DNA of 64,000 nt from Candidatus Cloacimonadota bacterium (GCA_963676615.1 OY781092.1:864001-928000), one strand, 5' to 3'; shown: positions 1 to 10,664, numbered from the stretch's first letter. Numbers and translations are program-made. Notes: generated from the letters alone by a model not told the origin.

Positions 1-788
1 TGCAAAAGTTTTTCGTGCAGTTTCTGCAAAAGAGTCTCATCACCAGATCCGACTATCTGCTGCTCAAAAATCTGCTCCAACTGCGCCTGCAGCAACTTGC
101 AGCCAGCCACATTTTCGCCATAAATCCGCAAATCGACATAACCACCCTGCGGCAAATACGCCAAATTTACGCCACTGGCAAAGCTCAACCCTTGCGTCTT
201 TTCGCCAATCAGAGCCTCGGGCATTCCACACAAATGCAGCGTCTGCAAATAAAAATCACGCTGTGGCAAAATCTTTTTTAGCTGCGGCATCACCAACTTT
301 TCCACAAAAAACTTCATCTCGCTCGGCACGCCCGGCATCAAAAAAATCTTTTTCGCTCCCTGAACTTTGTATAACGCTGGAGCTGTCCCCATCTCGTTTT
401 CGCAAAACTGAAAACCGCCAGGAATCAACGCCTGTCCCTTATTATTCTCGGGCGAAATCTGCCCCGTGCGCTCCTGATAAAACAGCTTAATCTTTGCCCA
501 CAAATCTGCGTCCAACTGCAATTTTTGCCCAAAAAAATCAGCCACAACTCCTCTGGTGATATCATCCACAGTCGGTCCCAAACCGCCCGTGCAAACCACC
601 ACTTCTGCCAAATTATACGCAAAATTCAGCATCTGCGTTATCGACTCTTTTGTGTCGGCGCACGCCAAATTGGCGACCACCTCATATCCAGCAAGCGACA
701 GCCGCTCTCCGATAAAAGCGGCGTTCGTGTTCACCGTCTTCCCCAGCAAAATCTCGTTGCCAATCGACAACACAACAATTTTATTCAT
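1..788 (-). CDS. cinA: Competence/damage-inducible protein CinA (partial, 3' end runs off the window)
   Basis: Not in the ORF track (no stop in window). Manual translation from ATG at 788 gives MNKIVVLSIGNEILLGKTVNTNA...TGGLGPTVDDIT...GTAP...MPGVPSEM, the CinA molybdopterin-binding-like N-terminus. GAGGTG RBS upstream. Confidence 0.9.
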   Translation of the reverse strand, partial: MNKIVVLSIGNEILLGKTVNTNAAFIGERLSLAGYEVVANLACADTKESITQMLNFAYNLAEVVVCTGGLGPTVDDITRGVVADFFGQKLQLDADLWAKIKLFYQERTGQISPENNKGQALIPGGFQFCENEMGTAPALYKVQGAKKIFLMPGVPSEMKFFVEKLVMPQLKKILPQRDFYLQTLHLCGMPEALIGEKTQGLSFASGVNLAYLPQGGYVDLRIYGENVAGCKLLQAQLEQIFEQQIVGSGDETLLQKLHEKLL

Positions 789-793
789 AATTT

Positions 794-2023
794 TCACCTC
801 CGATGCACATCGACCTGCGGAAACGGAATTTCAATTTGATGAAATTTCAGCGCATCCCAAATGTCCATCAGCACGCTCTCACGCGCCTGATGCATCTCAC
901 TACCAACATCTAGCACCCAAAACAGCACCAAAAAATCGACTGAGCTATCTCCAAAATCTGCCAAATACGCCCTAGCCGCTGGATTTTTTGCCACAAAACG
1001 GTTATTGTTCAGCGCTTCCTGCAAAATTTGCTTCACCTCCGCTGGATTGGCATCATAACTCACTCCAACCGTTACACTTAGCCGCACTTGCCTATTCGAC
1101 AAAGTCAAATTCACCACCTTATCGCTGACAAACTTTTCGTTGGGAATCAAAATCTCTTTACCCTCAAAACTCCTGACAATCGTGTTGCGCACGCCAATCG
1201 AGCTAATCGTCCCAGCCACATTGTCCACCTCCACAACAGAGCCTTTCTCGATGCTTTTGTCCATCAGCAAAATAAATCCGCTGACCAAATTGGCGATGAT
1301 ATTTTTCAAGCCAAAACCGACACCGATACCGATCGAGCCTGTCAAAAAAGCGAACTTCGACAAATCTAAGCCCAAAATATTCAAGCAAATCAGCGCAAAA
1401 ATAAAGACAATCCCGACATTGCTCACCTTGACCAGCAAATCCCTAGAATTCGGCGGCAGCTCCCACTGCTTTTGGATGAAACCCTCGATTCTGGTGTTCA
1501 CCTGCGAAAAAAGCCAAATCAGAAGGCAAGTAATCCCAACGCTTTTCAGAAGATCGTAGATGCTCAACGAAAAATCGCCCACATGAAAAGTCAAAAGCGA
1601 CTGCTCAATCTCCATAACGCTCAGCAGCGTCAGACTAATTATCGAAATCGAAATAAATGTGAAGAGGATGTTTTTTTTCGGAAAAAATTTGGTAAAACGA
1701 ATCACGCCCCAGAGGAAACAAAGTTTCAGGCAAAAATAGAGGATGTAGGAGTGCAAAAAAAACTGCTCGTTTATGATGTGAATGACCGCCAAAAATAAAA
1801 TCGTCAGGAGCGGAAACAAAATCAGCTCCAAAAACTCCATAATTTTTTTGTGCTTGACGATAACCTTTGTGCGACGGAAAGTTTTTAGGAAAATTTTGGA
1901 CAAAACAAAGCAAAAAGCCAAAATTCCCAAAAAAGCGAGTAGCTGGTAAAAATTGTAGTAGTTTCCAAAAAAATCTTGCCAATTTTGTAGCGCCGAGTCG
2001 AAAAATTTCGTCATTTTTTGCAA
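794..2023 (-). CDS. Small-conductance mechanosensitive channel (MscS family)
   Basis: Multiple TM helices; GIGVGFGLKNIIANLVSGFILL, IPNEKF, VGVSY, DFGDSS and EIPFPQ motifs. Confidence 0.92.
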   Translation of the reverse strand: MQKMTKFFDSALQNWQDFFGNYYNFYQLLAFLGILAFCFVLSKIFLKTFRRTKVIVKHKKIMEFLELILFPLLTILFLAVIHIINEQFFLHSYILYFCLKLCFLWGVIRFTKFFPKKNILFTFISISIISLTLLSVMEIEQSLLTFHVGDFSLSIYDLLKSVGITCLLIWLFSQVNTRIEGFIQKQWELPPNSRDLLVKVSNVGIVFIFALICLNILGLDLSKFAFLTGSIGIGVGFGLKNIIANLVSGFILLMDKSIEKGSVVEVDNVAGTISSIGVRNTIVRSFEGKEILIPNEKFVSDKVVNLTLSNRQVRLSVTVGVSYDANPAEVKQILQEALNNNRFVAKNPAARAYLADFGDSSVDFLVLFWVLDVGSEMHQARESVLMDIWDALKFHQIEIPFPQVDVHRR

Positions 2024-2034
2024 CTTAATTCACC

Positions 2035-2565
2035 TCACTTACCATATTTTTGCTTGTAGCAATCCAAAAAATACCGATGCGACGAAAAAGGAATGAAGCT
2101 AAAATCTGAGCCTAGGCTCACAAACTTTAGGTCAACTGCGTCGTCGCCAGCTTTGGGCGTTCCGCTGCAGCCGCTCATCACAAATCCAAAAGAAAATATG
2201 CGATGATAAATCGGCGACGGTCCCACAAAGTAGCCCAAATATTCGCCCGCATCGCCAGCAAGATTTGTCTCCTCTTTCATCTCCTGCACCGCCGCCTGCG
2301 CTGGCGTCTGGTTGATTTCGATGTAACCCGAGGGCAAAGCCCAACTGCCAGCACACGGCGCAAATTTTCGCTTAATAAGGCAAACCTCGTTTTTTTCGTT
2401 GAAAATCAAACACACCGCCGCAGGAATCGGATTAAGATACTTTATCCAGCCGCACGCAGGACAAATCGCCCTGATTTTGTTCTCCCGATCGGGCTTAATC
2501 TCGAGCTTCGTCCCGCAACAAACGCAAAAATTGATACCTTTATACAAATCCGCTTCTATTTTCAC
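2035..2565 (-). CDS. NUDIX hydrolase with N-terminal zinc ribbon
   Basis: FCVCCG...CPACG ribbon and Nudix box PSGYIEINQTPAQAAVQEMKEETNL. Confidence 0.88.
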   Translation of the reverse strand: MKIEADLYKGINFCVCCGTKLEIKPDRENKIRAICPACGWIKYLNPIPAAVCLIFNEKNEVCLIKRKFAPCAGSWALPSGYIEINQTPAQAAVQEMKEETNLAGDAGEYLGYFVGPSPIYHRIFSFGFVMSGCSGTPKAGDDAVDLKFVSLGSDFSFIPFSSHRYFLDCYKQKYGK

Positions 2566-2595
2566 TTGATATTCCTTATTTAATCGACTGCAAAA

Positions 2596-4161
2596 TCAAA
2601 CATTTACGCCAATTTCGTCTGCAATCTGTCCCAAAATCGTCCGCTTTTGCGAAAAAATTCGGCAAACTCGCTCCACTTTGCGAAAATCGACTTTTCCACT
2701 GCCCAAAAGCGGTATCCTCTTTAGCACAAAAACCGTCTTCGGCACAGAAATTTCGTTCAAATTTTCACGCACCCACTTTTTCATCTTCGCCTTATCGATT
2801 TTGGCGGTCGTCGCCAACACAATCTCCGCACCTTTTTTTTCGCTTGGAATATCCACCACGCAAAACAAAATATCCTCGCCTTTGAAAAACTCGCTCAAAA
2901 CGCTCTCTACCGCCACCAAACTCACCATCTCGCCGCCAACTTTCACAAATCGGCGCAAGCGCCCTTTTAGCCACAAAAATCCGTCGTCATCCAAACAGCC
3001 CATATCGCCCGTGTCATACCAGCCATAGCGAAAATGCAAATCGGTATTTTCCACATCGCGATAGTAGCCGCTCATCACATTATCGCCGCGCACCAAAATT
3101 TTCCCCGTTTGATTTGCTGGCAAATCTTCGCCAGATTCTGCATCCACAATCCTGATCTCCACGCCTGGAAAAGCTTTTCCGACGCTGCCAAGCCGATAAT
3201 CTTCGAACCGATTGTTGGTCAAAATCGGGCTGGTCTCGGTCGCGCCATAGCCTTCTATCAAAAACAGATTATGCTCGTCCACATAGCGTTGATGCAGCTC
3301 CTTCGGCAAGCGATCTGCACCGCAGATAGCCACTCTGACCGAGCGAAAAGTGTCGCCAGAGCACCTGCGCAAATACGCAGCATAAAAAGTCGGCGTGCCC
3401 ATAATAAACGACGCCCGATGCTCCTTGATCGCGTTGCAAGTCAGCTTGTAATCCAGCGGATTGCTCAGCGTGATGATGCTCGCGCCCAAATACAACGGAA
3501 TGCAAAAATTTCCCTGAAATCCAAAAACATGGAACAGAGGCAGCGACGCCAAAAAGCGGTCTTTCGCCGTCAAATCGTAACACTTGATCGTGCCCAAAAT
3601 CTGCCCAGCGACATTTTTGCCCGTCAGCGGCACAACTTTTGGTCTGCTCTCGCTCCCCGAAGTAAAAAGCAAAACAATATTTTTTTTCGCATCCAATCGG
3701 CAAAACAGCTTTTTCAAAAAATTATACGGCAATTTGGCAATCAGCGCCGCCTTGAGTTTGGCAAAAACCGAAAACTGCTTGAAAACATCCTCAATCAGCA
3801 CCATCTCGGCGCTTTGCTCCACATTCAATTTGCTCAAAAGCGCCTTGGCGGTTATCACTTTTCTGGTGCCGCACTTGCTTTTGGCATAATCGCAATTTCG
3901 CCGAACGCCCGTGGTGTAGTTTATCATCACAGGAGTTTTGCCGCACGACAGAAGCGCCAACATCGAAATAATCGCGCCGCCAGAGACGGGAATCATCATT
4001 CCGACATTTTTCCCGGGGTAAGTTTTGAACTTTTTCCGCAGCAAAAGCACCGCCACGAGCGCTTTTTGGTAGGAGATTTTTGCCCCGCTGACTCCGTCGA
4101 TAAAAGCAGGTTTGCTCCCGAATTTTTTCGCACTTCTTAAAAAATTTAAACAAACATTCAT
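2596..4161 (-). CDS. AMP-binding acyl-activating enzyme, Aas-type acyl-ACP synthetase domain (paralog 4)
   Basis: FTSGSESRPK P-loop, LPLFHVFG, EGYGATE, WYDTGD, RFVKVGGEMVSL, PLLGSGKVDF. Confidence 0.88.
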   Translation of the reverse strand: MNVCLNFLRSAKKFGSKPAFIDGVSGAKISYQKALVAVLLLRKKFKTYPGKNVGMMIPVSGGAIISMLALLSCGKTPVMINYTTGVRRNCDYAKSKCGTRKVITAKALLSKLNVEQSAEMVLIEDVFKQFSVFAKLKAALIAKLPYNFLKKLFCRLDAKKNIVLLFTSGSESRPKVVPLTGKNVAGQILGTIKCYDLTAKDRFLASLPLFHVFGFQGNFCIPLYLGASIITLSNPLDYKLTCNAIKEHRASFIMGTPTFYAAYLRRCSGDTFRSVRVAICGADRLPKELHQRYVDEHNLFLIEGYGATETSPILTNNRFEDYRLGSVGKAFPGVEIRIVDAESGEDLPANQTGKILVRGDNVMSGYYRDVENTDLHFRYGWYDTGDMGCLDDDGFLWLKGRLRRFVKVGGEMVSLVAVESVLSEFFKGEDILFCVVDIPSEKKGAEIVLATTAKIDKAKMKKWVRENLNEISVPKTVFVLKRIPLLGSGKVDFRKVERVCRIFSQKRTILGQIADEIGVNV

Positions 4162-5690
4162 TGTTTTTCCAGCTCCAAAGCAAGCTGCTCCACCTGCCTA
4201 AAATTGATCTTTCCGTTGCCCATAATCGGCAACTCGTCTGCGACCAGATATTTTTTTGGGAAGTAAATTTTGGGGAAACCGTCTGCCGCCAACTGCTTGT
4301 TCACATCGCTTTTGCTCACTTTTTCGCTGGTGACCAAAACCAAACGAGCGCCTTTTTTATCGTCGGGCAAGCCAACCATGCAAAACTGCAAACTCTCAGG
4401 AAAAATTTTGCCTATCGAGCCTTCTATCGCCGAGAGACTAACCATCTCGCCACCAATTTTCACGAATCGACGCAATCTGCCACGATGCCACAAATAACCG
4501 TCGGCGTCCATCACGCCCATATCGCCCGTGTCATACCAGCCGTCGCAAAACCGAAGCGAGCTCTCCTCCACATCGTTGTAATATCCGCTGATGACATTTT
4601 CGCCTTTAACCAAAATCTTGCCCTCTTTTCCCGCAGGCAACTCCTGCCTAGTCTTGTCGTCCACAATCTTTACGCTCACTCCTGGCAATGGTCTGCCCAC
4701 AGAACCGAACTTGTCGAAACCAGAAATGTTCGTCGAAATCACAGGAGAAGCCTCGGTAACGCCATAACCTTCGAGCAAATCGACACCAAACCGCTGCTTA
4801 TACTCCTCTTTCGTCTTCTGCCCCAGCTTGTCCGCTCCAGCGATCATCGTCCTGATGCCCGCAAAAGTCTCGCTGTTGGCGTAGCGCAGATAGGAGCTGA
4901 ACATATTCGGCGTGCCCATCGTAAACGAAATCTTGTATTTCTGAAAAATCTCGCACAGCGTCTTGAACTCCAGCGGATTTGGATGCGTAACCAAAGTCGC
5001 GCCGTAGTAAACGCCATACCAAAGTAGCACCGTATAGCCAAACACATGAAACAAAGGCAAATTCGCCAGCACCATCTCCTGCGGCGTCATCGGAATAAAC
5101 TCTGGATACGAGCTCAGCTGACTCAAAATATTTTTCTGACTAATCGGCACGCACTTGGGATCTTTCTCGCTCCCAGAAGTAAAAAGCATCACGCAAGTCT
5201 GCTCCAGCTTCACCTTGCCGACCATCGCTTTCAGGGCAAAAACAGGCAACTTCGACTTGGCAAAAGCCAAAAGTTTGTCCGCCGCATTCACCTTCGCAAA
5301 AATATCCTCGATGAGCACCATCGACTTTGTCGGCTCAATATCGAACTTTTCCAAAAGCTTTTTGGAAGTCAGCACAATATCCACGCCGCACTTATCTTTG
5401 GCGTATTGGCAATTTTTCAAAATCCCCGTGGAGTAATTGATCATCACCGCAATTTTGTCCGCAAAAAGAGCCGCAATCAGCGCAATAATCGCTCCGCCAG
5501 AAGTGGGAATCATCATTCCGATTTTTTTGTGCTTGTATGCGCAAAACTTCTGCTTTAGGATGAGCGAGGCGATCAAAGCCTTGCCATAAGTGATTTTCTG
5601 CCCACTTACTCCGTCGATAAAAGCGACCTTTTTCGGATATTTTTTGGCAATCTCCACAAACTTTTTTGCCAACAGCTCCTGATTTTTCAT
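4158..5690 (-). CDS. AMP-binding acyl-activating enzyme, Aas-type acyl-ACP synthetase domain (paralog 3)
   Basis: FTSGSEKDPK, LPLFHVFG, EGYGVTE, WYDTGD, PIMGNGKINF. Start moved to ATG 5690 (GAGGG RBS). Confidence 0.88.
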   Translation of the reverse strand: MKNQELLAKKFVEIAKKYPKKVAFIDGVSGQKITYGKALIASLILKQKFCAYKHKKIGMMIPTSGGAIIALIAALFADKIAVMINYSTGILKNCQYAKDKCGVDIVLTSKKLLEKFDIEPTKSMVLIEDIFAKVNAADKLLAFAKSKLPVFALKAMVGKVKLEQTCVMLFTSGSEKDPKCVPISQKNILSQLSSYPEFIPMTPQEMVLANLPLFHVFGYTVLLWYGVYYGATLVTHPNPLEFKTLCEIFQKYKISFTMGTPNMFSSYLRYANSETFAGIRTMIAGADKLGQKTKEEYKQRFGVDLLEGYGVTEASPVISTNISGFDKFGSVGRPLPGVSVKIVDDKTRQELPAGKEGKILVKGENVISGYYNDVEESSLRFCDGWYDTGDMGVMDADGYLWHRGRLRRFVKIGGEMVSLSAIEGSIGKIFPESLQFCMVGLPDDKKGARLVLVTSEKVSKSDVNKQLAADGFPKIYFPKKYLVADELPIMGNGKINFRQVEQLALELEKQ

Positions 5691-5704
5691 CTGTCTGCCC
5701 TCGT

Positions 5705-7228
5705 TCAATTTCCGTTTTTTATCTGATTACAAGCTTTTTCCACTTGTCTAAAATCGACTTTGCCGCTACCCATCAGCGGAATTTCGTCCAACACTATCTG
5801 CTTTTTTGGCAAATAGATAGAGGCAAACTCTTTGCTGGTCAAAAATTCGCGAACTTTGCCTAAATCGACCTCTTGCGTGAGAGCCAAAGCGATGTAAGCG
5901 CCTTTTTTGTTATCCGCCACAGCCACCGCACAATACAACTCAGCGTCGGTAAAAAACTCCTCCAAAGCGTGCTCCACAGCCACCAAACTGACCATCTCGC
6001 CGCCAATCTTCACAAAGCGGCGCAACCTGCCACGATGCCACAAAAAACCGTCGGAATCCAGCACACCCATATCGCCCGTGTCATACCAACCGTCCACAAA
6101 ATGGCTCGCCGTTTCTGCCTCGTCCAGATAGTAGCCGCTCATCACATTATCGCCCTTGAGCAAAATCTTGCCCTCTTTCCCAGCGGCCAGCTCTTCACCA
6201 GAATTCACATCGACAATCTTCACGCTTACGCCAGACATAACCTTGCCCAAACTCCCCGGCTTGTGATTTTCGGCGTTGTTCACCGACACCACAGGCGAAG
6301 ATTCCGTCACTCCGTAGCCCTGCCAAATATCTTTGCCAAACCGTTTCAAATACTCTTGCCGCAAGCCCTCGGGCAAATTATCCGCACCAGAGACCATCAC
6401 CTTCATACTCGCAAAAGTTTTGTCGTTCGCCTTGGCAAGATACGCCCGAAAAAAGGCTGGCGTCGCCACGAAATAGGTCGTCTGATACTTCTGCATCGAC
6501 TTGCAAATATTCCGATACTCCAGCGGATTTGGGTGCGTGACAATCGTGCAACCGTAATAAATCGGCAGCCAAAACATCGTCGTGAAGCCAAACACATGAA
6601 AAAGCGGCAAACACGACAAAAAAATCTCCTGATTGCTCATCGGCAAAATCGTGGGAATATTCTCCAGCTGCTGCCAAATATTTTTGTGGCTAAGCGGCAC
6701 AGCTTTCGGCGTTTTCTCGCTGCCAGAGGTGAACAAAATCACCGCATAATCGTCCATTTTGCCAATCGATACCAGCTTCGTCAGCACGCTCGTGGGCAAC
6801 TTCGACTTCAACAGCGCCGCAATTTTGGCAAAAAGCGAAACCTCTTTGACAAAATCTTCGATGAAAACCATACCCTCCAACGGCTCCAGCTCCAACTTCT
6901 CCAAAAGCGCCGACGAAGTGATAATCAAATCGAAATCGCACTTTTTGCGGGCGTAAACCGAATTTTTCAGCGCACCCGTGGAGTAGTTAATCATCACGGG
7001 TACTTTGCCCGCCATCAGAGTCGCTGCCACAGCGATCATACAGCCGCCAGAAGTGGGAATCATTATCCCGATATTTTTCTCTTTGTAAGCCGAAATCTTT
7101 GCCTGCAAAATAAACGCCGCAATCAAAGCCTTGTCGTAACTGATTATTTTGCCGCTAGTTCCGTCGATAAAAGCGGGCTTGCTCTTTGCCTTTTTGGCTG
7201 CTTCGATAAATATTTTTTGCAAAATCAT
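5705..7228 (-). CDS. AMP-binding acyl-activating enzyme, Aas-type acyl-ACP synthetase domain (paralog 2)
   Basis: FTSGSEKTPK, LPLFHVFG, QGYGVTE, WYDTGD, PLMGSGKVDF. Confidence 0.88.
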   Translation of the reverse strand: MILQKIFIEAAKKAKSKPAFIDGTSGKIISYDKALIAAFILQAKISAYKEKNIGIMIPTSGGCMIAVAATLMAGKVPVMINYSTGALKNSVYARKKCDFDLIITSSALLEKLELEPLEGMVFIEDFVKEVSLFAKIAALLKSKLPTSVLTKLVSIGKMDDYAVILFTSGSEKTPKAVPLSHKNIWQQLENIPTILPMSNQEIFLSCLPLFHVFGFTTMFWLPIYYGCTIVTHPNPLEYRNICKSMQKYQTTYFVATPAFFRAYLAKANDKTFASMKVMVSGADNLPEGLRQEYLKRFGKDIWQGYGVTESSPVVSVNNAENHKPGSLGKVMSGVSVKIVDVNSGEELAAGKEGKILLKGDNVMSGYYLDEAETASHFVDGWYDTGDMGVLDSDGFLWHRGRLRRFVKIGGEMVSLVAVEHALEEFFTDAELYCAVAVADNKKGAYIALALTQEVDLGKVREFLTSKEFASIYLPKKQIVLDEIPLMGSGKVDFRQVEKACNQIKNGN

Positions 7229-7248
7229 CTAAAATTCCCTATCGCTTT

Positions 7249-8778
7249 CTAGCTTTTTTTGTTCATCTGGTCGCAAATATTTTGCACAGCTCGAAAATCG
7301 ACTTTTCCGCTTCCCATAATCGGAATCTCGTCCAGCACAAAAACCTTTGACGGCACACTCAAAGCCACCAAACCTGCTCTCACCAAATATTTTTTCACAT
7401 CCAACAACTGACAACTTTTGTCCACAGCAAGTCCCACGCAAGACGAGCCGTCGGATTTACGCATCTCCACAGCGCAATAGTTCACATCCTGCTCAAAAAA
7501 TCCCTGCAGAGCCTCTTCCACAGCCACCAAACTCACCATCTCGCCGCCGATTTTCAGAAATCGCTTGGCTCTGCCCTTGTGCCACAAATAGCCGTCCTCG
7601 TCGATCAATGCAATATCGCCCGTGTCATACCAGCCGTCTTGCAACGCACTTTTGTCCAAATCTTCGCCGACCAAATAGCCACTCATCACATTATCGCCCT
7701 TGACCAAAAGTCGCCCCTGCTCTCCCGCAGCCACCTCCTGCTGCGAATCTCGTGCCACCACTTTCACCAAAACATCGGGAAGCACCTTGCCGATGCTGCC
7801 AGGTTTGTGAAAACCAGCTCGGTTCGTGCTAATCACAGGCGACGCCTCTGTCACGCCATAGCCCTCGCAAAGCTCCTTGCCAAAGCGCTGGGCATACTCT
7901 TGCCGCAACCCTTCTGGCAACTTGTCCGCTCCCGAAATCATAATCCGCACCGAATCGAAAGTGCTACTCTTGGCTTTGGGCATATACGCCCTGAAAAAAA
8001 CTGGCGTCCCAGTCATAAAACTCACCTTATACTTCGGCACAATTTGGCAAACCAGCTTGTAATCCAGCGGATTAGCCACCGTAACCATCGTCGCACCAAG
8101 GCTCACGCCAAGCCAAAAATTTGTAGTAAATCCAAAACTGTGAAACAAAGGAAGCGACGCCAAAAAAATATCTTTGTCCGTCAAATCCAAAATTTTGGGA
8201 ATCGCCACCAGCTGCGAGATGATGTTGCTGTGCGTGAGCGGCACAACTTTCGGCTCGGACTCACTTCCCGTGGTAAGCAGCATCACCGCCCAATCTTCGC
8301 TGCCCTTTTTTGGGAACTTCGCCAAAATCTCGTAGGCCGACTTTTTGCTCAAAAAAAGCGCTCGCACCTTGCTCCAAAGCGACACCGAAGCCAGCAAATC
8401 TTCCACCATCACCATCTGAGCAGTCGGCTCCAGCTCCAACTTTTGCAAAAGCGCCCGCGCGGTTATCGTCTTTTGCAACGCACACTTTTGAGCGGCATAA
8501 TCGCTATTTTTTATCGCTCCCGTTGCGTAATTCACCAGCACAGGCACTTTGCCGCTGAGCAGCACCGCCACTATGGTCAGCATCGCCCCAGGCGAAGTCG
8601 GAATCATCACCCCAATTCGCTCGCCAGGCATTTTCTGGATTTTTTCCGCAAGCAACAGCGCAGCAATCAAAGCTTTGGAATAGCTAATCTCTTTGCCACT
8701 GACAGAATCGATAAAAGCGGTCTTCTTCCCAAACTTTTTTGCGCTTTCCACAAAAATTTCGGTCAAACTATTTCTCAA
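7249..8778 (-). CDS. AMP-binding acyl-activating enzyme, Aas-type acyl-ACP synthetase domain (paralog 1)
   Basis: LTTGSESEPK, LPLFHSFG, EGYGVTE, WYDTGD, PIMGSGKVDF; TTG start with AGGAG RBS. Confidence 0.88.
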   Translation of the reverse strand: MRNSLTEIFVESAKKFGKKTAFIDSVSGKEISYSKALIAALLLAEKIQKMPGERIGVMIPTSPGAMLTIVAVLLSGKVPVLVNYATGAIKNSDYAAQKCALQKTITARALLQKLELEPTAQMVMVEDLLASVSLWSKVRALFLSKKSAYEILAKFPKKGSEDWAVMLLTTGSESEPKVVPLTHSNIISQLVAIPKILDLTDKDIFLASLPLFHSFGFTTNFWLGVSLGATMVTVANPLDYKLVCQIVPKYKVSFMTGTPVFFRAYMPKAKSSTFDSVRIMISGADKLPEGLRQEYAQRFGKELCEGYGVTEASPVISTNRAGFHKPGSIGKVLPDVLVKVVARDSQQEVAAGEQGRLLVKGDNVMSGYLVGEDLDKSALQDGWYDTGDIALIDEDGYLWHKGRAKRFLKIGGEMVSLVAVEEALQGFFEQDVNYCAVEMRKSDGSSCVGLAVDKSCQLLDVKKYLVRAGLVALSVPSKVFVLDEIPIMGSGKVDFRAVQNICDQMNKKS

Positions 8779-8804
8779 AACAACTCCTTTTCCTCAAAAA
8801 AAAA

Positions 8805-10640
8805 TCACTCCACAGTCACGCTTTTCGCCAAATTTCTGGGCTGATCGATGTTCAAACCTTTTTCGTAGGCGACATAATACGCCAAAAGTTGCAACGGAAT
8901 ACTCACCAAAATCGGCATCAACGCCCACAAAGTTTGCGGCACATAAAAAACTTTTTGGCAAATCGCCTCCAAATTTTCGTCCTTTTGGGACGCCACGGCA
9001 TAAATCTTGCCTTTGCGCGACTTCACCTCTTCCAAATTGGAAATAATTTTGTTGTAAATCGCATCATACGGCGCAATCGAGACAATCGGCATATTCTCGT
9101 CTATCAAGGCGATAGGTCCGTGCTTCATCTCCGCCGCGGGATAACCTTCGGCGTGAATGTAGGAAATCTCTTTGAGCTTGAGCGCGCCCTCCAGTGCCGA
9201 CGGAAAATTTATATCTCGACCCAAAAAAAGCGCATTTTTGCTATCTTTAATCAGGTTTGCCACCTCTTTCAGCTGCTGTTTATACTCCAGCACCTGGTCA
9301 ATTTTGGCTGGCAAAGCCTCCAACTCCTCGATAAACTCCAACACCTGCTGATTGTCCACGCTGCCACGCACTTGCCCAAAATGATACGCCAAAAGCGCCA
9401 AAGCTGTCACCTGCGAAGTGAAAGCTTTCGTCGAAGCCACGCCAATCTCGGGACCTGCGTGCAGATAAGTTCCGCCGTCCGACTCGCGCGCAATCTCACT
9501 GCCCACAACATTCGTAATCCCATAGACCATCGCGCCGCGATTTTTCGCCTCTCGCATCGCCGCCAAAGTGTCCGCCGTTGCACCGGACTGGCTGATTGCC
9601 ACCACAATCGTGTTCTGCGGAATTATCGGATTGCGATAACGATACTCGCTGGCATACTCCACGCTCACGGGAATTCTGGCGATTTTCTCCAAAAGATATT
9701 TACCCACTTGAGCCGCATGCCACGAAGTTCCGCACGCCACAAACTGCACATTCTCCAAGTTGCGAACATCTCTTGCGCTAAAATTAAATCCACCCAAACG
9801 CACGCTGCAATTGGCTTTGCTCACTCTGCCACGATACGCATTTTGCACCGTCTCCGCCTGTTCGCAAATCTCCTTGAGCATAAAATGTTCGTAGCCGTTT
9901 TTGGTAATCGCCGAAATATCCCAATCGACCTTATCGATTTTCTTCTCAATCGGCTCGTCGTCCAAAGTGGTAATCTCGAAATCGTCTTTGGTCACGCACG
10001 CCATCTGAAAATCGTCCAAATAGATGACATTGGAGGTGTGAATCATTATCGCACTTGCGTCCGACGCCACATAGTTCTCGTTTCCACCAACACCGATAAT
10101 CAGCGGACTGCCACACCGTGCTGCGTAAAATCTATCTGGCTCATCCTCGTCAATCACCGCAATCCCATAAGTCCCCTCAACTTTCTTCAACGCCAGCTGA
10201 ATCGCCTTTTTCGTGTCGTTCTCTTTGCTCTTGAAATAACTAATCAGATTCACAAGCACTTCCGTATCTGTCTGGGAATTAAACAGATAGCCCTTTTCCT
10301 GCAACTCCGTGCGCAAAAATTTGTAATTTTCCACAATCCCGTTGTGCACCAGACAAATTTTGCCGTCCATACTGCAATGAGGATGCGCATTCTCGACCGT
10401 CGGCTCGCCGTGAGTCGCCCAGCGAGTGTGCCCAATTCCTAAACCCGAGCTGTTATTTTGTCCCTGGAGCTTTTTTTGCAGCCGAACAATCTTACCGACC
10501 TCTTTGGTAACGCCGATTTTCCCGTTCTGCACAAGAGCCACGCCAGAGCTATCGTAGCCGCGATACTCCAGCTTCTTCAGCCCCTCAATCACCACTGGCA
10601 AAGCCTGCTTATCGCCTACATAACCTACAATTCCACACAT
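8805..10640 (-). CDS. glmS: Glutamine--fructose-6-phosphate transaminase
   Basis: MCGIVG N-terminus, GHTRWATHG, C-terminal PRNLAKSVTVE. Confidence 0.98.
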   Translation of the reverse strand: MCGIVGYVGDKQALPVVIEGLKKLEYRGYDSSGVALVQNGKIGVTKEVGKIVRLQKKLQGQNNSSGLGIGHTRWATHGEPTVENAHPHCSMDGKICLVHNGIVENYKFLRTELQEKGYLFNSQTDTEVLVNLISYFKSKENDTKKAIQLALKKVEGTYGIAVIDEDEPDRFYAARCGSPLIIGVGGNENYVASDASAIMIHTSNVIYLDDFQMACVTKDDFEITTLDDEPIEKKIDKVDWDISAITKNGYEHFMLKEICEQAETVQNAYRGRVSKANCSVRLGGFNFSARDVRNLENVQFVACGTSWHAAQVGKYLLEKIARIPVSVEYASEYRYRNPIIPQNTIVVAISQSGATADTLAAMREAKNRGAMVYGITNVVGSEIARESDGGTYLHAGPEIGVASTKAFTSQVTALALLAYHFGQVRGSVDNQQVLEFIEELEALPAKIDQVLEYKQQLKEVANLIKDSKNALFLGRDINFPSALEGALKLKEISYIHAEGYPAAEMKHGPIALIDENMPIVSIAPYDAIYNKIISNLEEVKSRKGKIYAVASQKDENLEAICQKVFYVPQTLWALMPILVSIPLQLLAYYVAYEKGLNIDQPRNLAKSVTVE

Positions 10641-10664
10641 ATAATCACCTGTATTTGCAAAAAA

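Noticed and set aside
2596..8778. NRPS/PKS biosynthetic cluster
   Set aside because: Only stand-alone adenylate-forming enzymes are present; no carrier, condensation, ketosynthase or thioesterase domains nearby.
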